DNA of 32,000 nucleotides, taken from Sinorhizobium meliloti. GTDB taxonomy: Bacteria > Pseudomonadota > Alphaproteobacteria > Rhizobiales > Rhizobiaceae. Location of the stretch: contig NZ_JAGIOS010000001.1 of assembly GCF_017876815.1 (NCBI RefSeq), positions 1,440,001-1,472,000 of the forward strand, read 5' to 3'. The translations under genes and the position numbers were made by a program. Positions 27,018 through 32,000 of this stretch are shown piece after piece. Position 1 is the stretch's first letter; every line of letters starts with the position of its first letter. Under the pieces are notes generated by a model. That model did no database searches. It had not been told where the DNA came from and saw only the letters and a program-made list of their open reading frames with translations.

Positions 27018-27042
27018 GGAACTTTTCGCGCCCGCGCACGTT
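27018..27042 (+). promoter_or_regulatory. EcfG/RpoE2-type general-stress-response promoter upstream of rpoH2
   Basis: GGAAC (27018-27022), a 16-nt spacer, then CGTT (27039-27042). This matches the alphaproteobacterial EcfG consensus GGAAC-N16-17-CGTT and lies about 215 nt upstream of the rpoH2 start. Confidence 0.65.
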
Positions 27043-27255
27043 TAACACTCCCGGCAGGGAGGCCTTCGCCTGTGCTGCCGAGCGATCTTGGCCCCGTGAT
27101 TTCCTCACGCCTCAGGTTCGTATTCTTCCATCTAGGGCGCCCTGTCATTTCGTCAACCAGCGCCATCCGTCCCCGTTGCCGAACGCCGCAAGAGAGCGCT
27201 CGGCGTTTGGAGTTCAATCGTGAAATGGCGCTTGCCGCCAGCTACGGAGCAATCG

Positions 27256-28122
27256 ATGAAGACCCTCACAGCAGACAGGCGTATGATCAAGATTGCCATG
27301 GAAGCGCCCTATCTCGAGCGGGATGAGGAACATGCGCTCGCACAGGCCTGGCGGAACGATAACGACCAGGAGGCGCGCAACAAGATCGCAATGTCGCACA
27401 TGCGTCTGGTGATTTCGATGGCGGCGAAGTTCCGCAGTTTCGGACTGCCCATGGGAGATCTCGTGCAGGAGGGGCATATCGGGCTGCTGGAAGCCGCAGC
27501 GCGTTTCGAGCCGAGCCGGGAGGTGCGTTTCTCGACCTATGCCACGTGGTGGATCCGCGCATCGATGCAGGACTACGTGCTACGCAACTGGTCGATCGTA
27601 CGCGGCGGCACCAGTTCGGCGCAGAAGGCCTTGTTTTTCAATCTGCGCCGGTTGCGCGCGAGGCTCGCCCAGGGGGACAGGCAACTGACCTCGCAGGCGA
27701 TGCACGAGGAGATCGCCGCGGCTCTCGGTGTCAGCCTTGCCGACGTGCAGACCATGGATGCGCGCCTTTCCGGAAACGACGCGTCGCTGCAGGCGCCGAT
27801 CGGCAGCGGCGACCCGGATGCCGGCGCCCGGCTGGACTTCCTGGCGAGCGAGGCACCTCTGCCCGACGAGCAGGTGAGCGATCTGATCGACGGCGAGCGC
27901 GCCCGCCGATGGCTGCAGGTCGCGCTCGGAGAGCTCAGCGAGCGTGAAATGAAGATCATTCGCGCCCGCCGCCTGACGGAGGATGGCGCCACGCTGGAGG
28001 AGCTCGGCGTCGCGCTTGGAATATCGAAGGAGCGCGTGCGGCAGATCGAGACGCGCGCACTCGAAAAACTTCGTGCGGCGCTCACCGCCAAGGCGCCGGC
28101 GCTGACGGCGTCGATGCATTGA
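27256..28122 (+). CDS. rpoH: RNA polymerase sigma-32 family factor, RpoH2-like
   Basis: GGAG SD 6 nt before ATG 27256. The sequence MIKIAMEAPYLERDEEH...HMRLVISMAAKFRSFGLPMGDLVQEGHIGLLEAAARFEP...FSTYATWWIRASMQDYVLRNWSIVRGGTSSAQKALFFNLRRL contains the RpoH box. It resembles S. meliloti RpoH2 rather than RpoH1 as recalled. Confidence 0.9.
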   Translation: MKTLTADRRMIKIAMEAPYLERDEEHALAQAWRNDNDQEARNKIAMSHMRLVISMAAKFRSFGLPMGDLVQEGHIGLLEAAARFEPSREVRFSTYATWWIRASMQDYVLRNWSIVRGGTSSAQKALFFNLRRLRARLAQGDRQLTSQAMHEEIAAALGVSLADVQTMDARLSGNDASLQAPIGSGDPDAGARLDFLASEAPLPDEQVSDLIDGERARRWLQVALGELSEREMKIIRARRLTEDGATLEELGVALGISKERVRQIETRALEKLRAALTAKAPALTASMH

Positions 28123-28147
28123 AGCGTAAGGCTTCGCGAGGTCATTT

Positions 28148-28335
28148 GCCCCTCATCCGCATGCCGGCACCTTCTCCCCGCGAGCGGGGCGAAGGGACGA
28201 GCCTTGGGCTCGCCAGTTCTCCATTGAGCGACTACAGCGCCGCTCGTCTTATCAGACGCGCAAAGGTCGCTGTAGCACTTTGATCTGCTGCATGTTTTTG
28301 TCCTTTAATCGGATACGATTAAAGGAAACATGCAG
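28148..28335. repeat. Three-module palindromic mosaic between the convergent rpoH2 and M48 protease genes
   Basis: 28148-28196 is a copy of the 8216-8264 / 13555-13603 element. 28232-28275 is a nested palindrome, CTACAGCG...CGTCT-tatc-AGACG...CGCTGTAG. 28288-28335 is an AT-rich long hairpin, CTGCATGTTT(ttgt)CCTTTAATC-ggatac-GATTAAAGGAAACATGCAG. Confidence 0.8.
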
Positions 28336-28387
28336 TAAGAGGCGAAACGGCACCGCGAGTCCGATGAGAGGCAGCCCCTGCGCCGCC

Positions 28388-29899
28388 TCACTCCGAAATG
28401 ATCTTCACCTTGTCGCCGGGTCTGACGGTCGATGTGATCTGCATCGCATTGATCAGCCGGAAAAGATCGAGCTTGCGGTCTGTACCCATCATGCGGGCCG
28501 CAAGGGTAGCGATCGTATCGCCGGACCTGACCGTGACCACCCGGACGCGCAGCGGCTTCAACGACTGGACCTCGCCGGACGTCATGCGGCGGAAGGAGGT
28601 TCGCAACTGGTTTGCCGTCGGCTCGAGTGCGCTCGAGCCCTTCGGAACGGCCGTCAGGAAGCGGTAGATGCGCTCGCCGAACCTGATCACCGTGACATCG
28701 AAATCCCAGCGGTCTGCCGATGCGCGCGCCGTTGCGGCCTCGAGGCCGTTGACGGTGATCGGGCGGATCGTATCGGGCTTGAGGCCCGTTACCCAGCCGC
28801 TGGCGATGTAGTCGGTCAGGCTGCGCCGGCTCGTGTCGGCGATGCCGTCGAAACGAATGGCGACCTCGCCCGCCCCGGTGGCGAGCACCGCCTCGGCCTT
28901 GTTGTCGATCTGGAAGCCGGTGGGCACGTCGAAGCGTATGCCGAGCTGGCCATGCAGGAAGGTCTGTCCGCGGACATAGCCCTCCTGCGGGCTGTCGCCA
29001 TAGAGGATACCGTCGATGCCGGCGAGATAATAGTCGCGCCCGCGGTCGCCGCTCGTCCCCTCGGGGCCGAAGGCGCGGGCATGCCGGCGCGCGAGATCGA
29101 CGCGCTGCGGCGCGTTGGGGTGGCTCGACAGGAAGTCCAGACTCTGGTCCGCCTCCGGGTCCACCGCGCTGAAGCGGCTATAGGCGGCCATGGAATCGAG
29201 GAAGCGCGCTGCCGCATAGGGGTCGTATCCGGCCTCGCCCAGCATGCGGACGCCGATCACGTCGGCCTGCAGTTCCTGATTGCGCGAGAAGGCGGCAAGG
29301 CGCAGCTTGCCGCGGGCAAGCGCCTGCTTCCCGGCAAGGTCGGAGGAAAGCACCTCGGACACGACACGGCTGGCGATCACCTCAGCCTCCTCGCGCTGCT
29401 GGCGCTGGATGCCGTGATTGGCCGTCACATGCGCCATCTCGTGCGAGAGTACGGCGGCCACTTCCGAGGCGTCGTTGGCAAGCGCCAGCAGGCCGCGCGT
29501 CACGTAGAGATAGCCGCCCGGAAGCGCGAAAGCGTTGATTGCCGGCGAGTTGAGGATCGTGATGCGGTAGGATTGCTGCGGGTTTTCCGAAACCGCCGTC
29601 AGGGCGCCGGTGATCCGGGCGACCAGCCGCTCGGTCTTGGCGTCGCGGTATTCTCCGCCGTAGCTCGCCACGATGCGCGGATGCTCGCGCGCGCCGAGTT
29701 GGGCCCGCGGGTCGTTCTTCTGCACTTCCTCGACGATCTGCGGATTGGAGGATGGCGAAACGGTGGGCTCGTAGGTCTGCTCGATCACGGATTGGCAGCC
29801 AGCGATCAGCGTCGTGGCAGCCAATGCGACCAGCGCTCGTGCGCGAACGGCTCCATGCCGCCGCGGAAACCAGCCATTCATGACTGCCTGCCTTATCAT
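28388..29899 (-). CDS. M48-family zinc metalloprotease lipoprotein with a C-terminal LysM domain
   Basis: Lipobox LIAGC after a basic N-terminus, the HEMAHV zinc motif, and a C-terminal LysM (VRSGDTIATLAARMMG...INAMQITSTVRPGDKVKII). ATG 29881 is an alternative start. Confidence 0.85.
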   Translation of the reverse strand: MIRQAVMNGWFPRRHGAVRARALVALAATTLIAGCQSVIEQTYEPTVSPSSNPQIVEEVQKNDPRAQLGAREHPRIVASYGGEYRDAKTERLVARITGALTAVSENPQQSYRITILNSPAINAFALPGGYLYVTRGLLALANDASEVAAVLSHEMAHVTANHGIQRQQREEAEVIASRVVSEVLSSDLAGKQALARGKLRLAAFSRNQELQADVIGVRMLGEAGYDPYAAARFLDSMAAYSRFSAVDPEADQSLDFLSSHPNAPQRVDLARRHARAFGPEGTSGDRGRDYYLAGIDGILYGDSPQEGYVRGQTFLHGQLGIRFDVPTGFQIDNKAEAVLATGAGEVAIRFDGIADTSRRSLTDYIASGWVTGLKPDTIRPITVNGLEAATARASADRWDFDVTVIRFGERIYRFLTAVPKGSSALEPTANQLRTSFRRMTSGEVQSLKPLRVRVVTVRSGDTIATLAARMMGTDRKLDLFRLINAMQITSTVRPGDKVKIISE

Positions 29900-30220
29900 G
29901 CCTCAGCCCGTCCCCATCCGCCGGCGCGACCCGCGGCTCGAAGCCATTCATCGCAATCGGCGAAAAGTCCTACTTTTTCAGCCGGATGCGGTGCACCGGC
30001 GCGGGTGTTTCAGCCAGGATTCTGCTGTATCCGATTTCAGCGCCGCCTGCCTAGCCGACCCCAGTAGAAATAGTTGCCCCGTGGTATCGCAGCAACGGAT
30101 GCGCGAATTTTGCGAGATACCCGCTGGTGTCTCCCGCGCCTCGCACGGCGCGGCGGTCAAATTGTGGCGTCCGGCGAATTTAGTTCGCCCGGCGTCGGAT
30201 CGGCCGCCGCGAACAATATG

Positions 30221-30937
30221 TCATCCTTCGTTGCCGAGGAACCGGTTGATCGCAGCGATGTCGCGGCGCCCGAGGAACCGATCGACTTCATCATGGGCGA
30301 CAATCCGGCCCCGGTCGAGAAAAAGAACGCTGTCGGCGAGCGCCCTCACGTCATCGGGATGATGTGTGATCATCAGTATCGTGTTGCCTTCCTCCTCGTG
30401 CAGATCGCTGATGAGTGCCCGCATCTCGGCGCGCATGCCGGGGTCGAGCGCGGCGAAAGGCTCGTCGAGCAGGAGGATCGGGCGGTGCCGCACGAAGGCG
30501 CGCGCGAGCGCGACCCTCTGGCGTTCGCCGCCTGAAAGCGTCGGCGGCAGGCGCTTGCCAAAACCGGCGAGCCCGACCCGGGCCAGTGCATCCTCCACTT
30601 TCGTGCGGTTGGCCGCATCCAGTCGCAGCGCCGGGCTGATGCCGAAGCCGACATTGGTGGCGACGTCGAGATGTGCGAAGAGGTTATGTTCCTGGAATAT
30701 GATCGAGACCGGCCGTTCCGCCGGCGCCCGACCGGTCATTTCCTCGCCGAGGATGCGGACTTCCCCGCGCCCCGGTTGCTCGAAGCCGGCGATGATGTTG
30801 AAGAGCGTCGACTTGCCCGAGCCGGAGGCGCCGGCCACGGCGACGATCCGCTTCGCGGGAACCGCGCAGTCGAAGGCGAGCGTCGTCGTTTCGAAGCTTA
30901 TCTCGACGCCCTTGACGGCGAGAGCGGTGGAACTCAT
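30221..30937 (-). CDS. thiQ: Thiamine ABC transporter ATP-binding protein
   Basis: GASGSGKST (Walker A), LSGGERQRVALARAF and LLLDEPFAALD. The start overlaps the thiP stop (ATGA at 30934-30937). Confidence 0.85.
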   Translation of the reverse strand: MSSTALAVKGVEISFETTTLAFDCAVPAKRIVAVAGASGSGKSTLFNIIAGFEQPGRGEVRILGEEMTGRAPAERPVSIIFQEHNLFAHLDVATNVGFGISPALRLDAANRTKVEDALARVGLAGFGKRLPPTLSGGERQRVALARAFVRHRPILLLDEPFAALDPGMRAEMRALISDLHEEEGNTILMITHHPDDVRALADSVLFLDRGRIVAHDEVDRFLGRRDIAAINRFLGNEG

Positions 30938-32000
30938 GTGCTTTTACCTTCGGGCGGCCTCTCCTCTCCCGCCGTGCCGAGCACCGTCAGGACAAGGCAG
31001 AGAAGGCCGAGAACCAGCGCCAGTCCGGCCGCATCCGCGGTGCGATAGCTGCCCATCCGGCTATAGAGCAGATAGGGGAGGGTTACCATGTCCTCGGAGC
31101 CGAAAAGAGCGACTGCTCCCAGATCGCCGAGCGAGAGGGCCATGGCAAAGGAAAAGGCGACAAAGAGAGGCTTGCGCAGGCCCGGCCAGTCGATCCACAG
31201 CAGGCGGTGAAAGCCGCCGATGCCAAGGCTCGCGGCAAGGCGCGCGGTGCGCGCGGCATGCGTCGCCATGGCCGGCGCGAGCACCCGGTGAACGAAGGGA
31301 AGCGCCATCAGCGCATTGATGGCGACGACGACGGCCGGCGCGAAACGGGCGACGTCGCCGAAAGGTCTCAGGAGCAGGAACCATCCGGCGCCGAGCACGA
31401 CGGGAGGCACGAGCAGTATGAAGGAGGTGCTCGCGCCGATCGTGCCTGCAAAGAGGCGAGGCGCCGCTCCGGGGCGCCGCTGCGCCAGCGCGAGCCGTTC
31501 GGTACGGATCATCAGCGCCGCGATGGCGACGGAGATCGTGGCGGAGACAAGGGCGATCGTCGCGCTCATGGCGAGCGCCCGATGGAATGCCGGCTCGCTC
31601 ACGAGACGGACGAGGTCGGCCTTCGATCCGCTATAGGCGATGGCCGCAAATGGCAGGCCGACGAGGATGACCGCGAGTATCAGCCAGATCCGGTCGGCAA
31701 GCCGCGACAGACCGCTTGCGCCGTCGAAACGCCGGATGGCCCTGCCGCTGGTCTCTCCCTCCAGCGGTGCCGGCGCGATCAATTTCAGGACGAGAAGCAG
31801 CGCTCCGGTAAGGGCGACCTGAAGTGCCGAAAGGGCGATCGCCCGCGGCGGGTCGAAGTCGAAGCGCAGCGCCTGATAGATCGCCACTTCGATCGTGCTG
31901 GCGGCCGGCCCGCCGCCAAGCGTCAGCACGAGCGTGAAGCTGGTGGCGCAGAGCATGAAGATGAGCCCGGCGATGCCGGGAAGCAATCCGCGGATAACCG
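30934..32000 (-). CDS. thiP: Thiamine ABC transporter permease (two-domain ThiP); the 5' end lies beyond the window
   Basis: The open frame continues to nt 32000. The hydrophobic two-module permease contains TLGGGPAASTIEVAIYQALRFDFD and LSLGDLGAVALFG, which are ThiP-like as recalled. Confidence 0.8.
   Translation of the reverse strand, partial: VIRGLLPGIAGLIFMLCATSFTLVLTLGGGPAASTIEVAIYQALRFDFDPPRAIALSALQVALTGALLLVLKLIAPAPLEGETSGRAIRRFDGASGLSRLADRIWLILAVILVGLPFAAIAYSGSKADLVRLVSEPAFHRALAMSATIALVSATISVAIAALMIRTERLALAQRRPGAAPRLFAGTIGASTSFILLVPPVVLGAGWFLLLRPFGDVARFAPAVVVAINALMALPFVHRVLAPAMATHAARTARLAASLGIGGFHRLLWIDWPGLRKPLFVAFSFAMALSLGDLGAVALFGSEDMVTLPYLLYSRMGSYRTADAAGLALVLGLLCLVLTVLGTAGEERPPEGKST

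Overview
This 32 kb window looks like an ordinary, densely packed core-chromosome segment of a high-GC alphaproteobacterium. From memory only (no search run), the gene content and order match the Sinorhizobium/Ensifer chromosome: ndvA - expR - pyc - cystine-type ABC transporter - DeoR/MFS pair - ispG - LysE exporter - hisC-ispA - mtgA - GST - rpmF - phaR / phaA-phaB - Suv3-like helicase - S4 (Hsp15-like) protein - fdxA - carD - rpoH2 - M48/LysM lipoprotein - thiQ-thiP. I see no tRNA or rRNA genes, CRISPR arrays, transposases, integrases or phage/defence cassettes, and no convincing novel multi-gene system. The leads worth a second look are mostly non-coding or lesion-type. (1) The LuxR-type quorum-sensing regulator gene expR is split by a frameshift inside a short direct repeat. 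(2) An AT-richer, ORF-poor ~630 bp spacer lies between phaB and the helicase gene. It carries an alphaproteobacterial SOS-box-like GTTC-N7-GTTC repeat upstream of a 27-codon ORF with a strong Shine-Dalgarno sequence. (3) A canonical EcfG/RpoE2-type general-stress promoter (GGAAC-N16-CGTT) sits upstream of rpoH2. (4) Several intergenic spacers are packed with dispersed palindromic REP/RIME-like elements, and the copies match each other across the window. (5) The Suv3-like helicase has a long acidic-then-basic low-complexity tail and is tightly linked to an S4 RNA-binding protein. Many long ORFs in the supplied track are antisense or out-of-frame artefacts of high GC content and are rejected.
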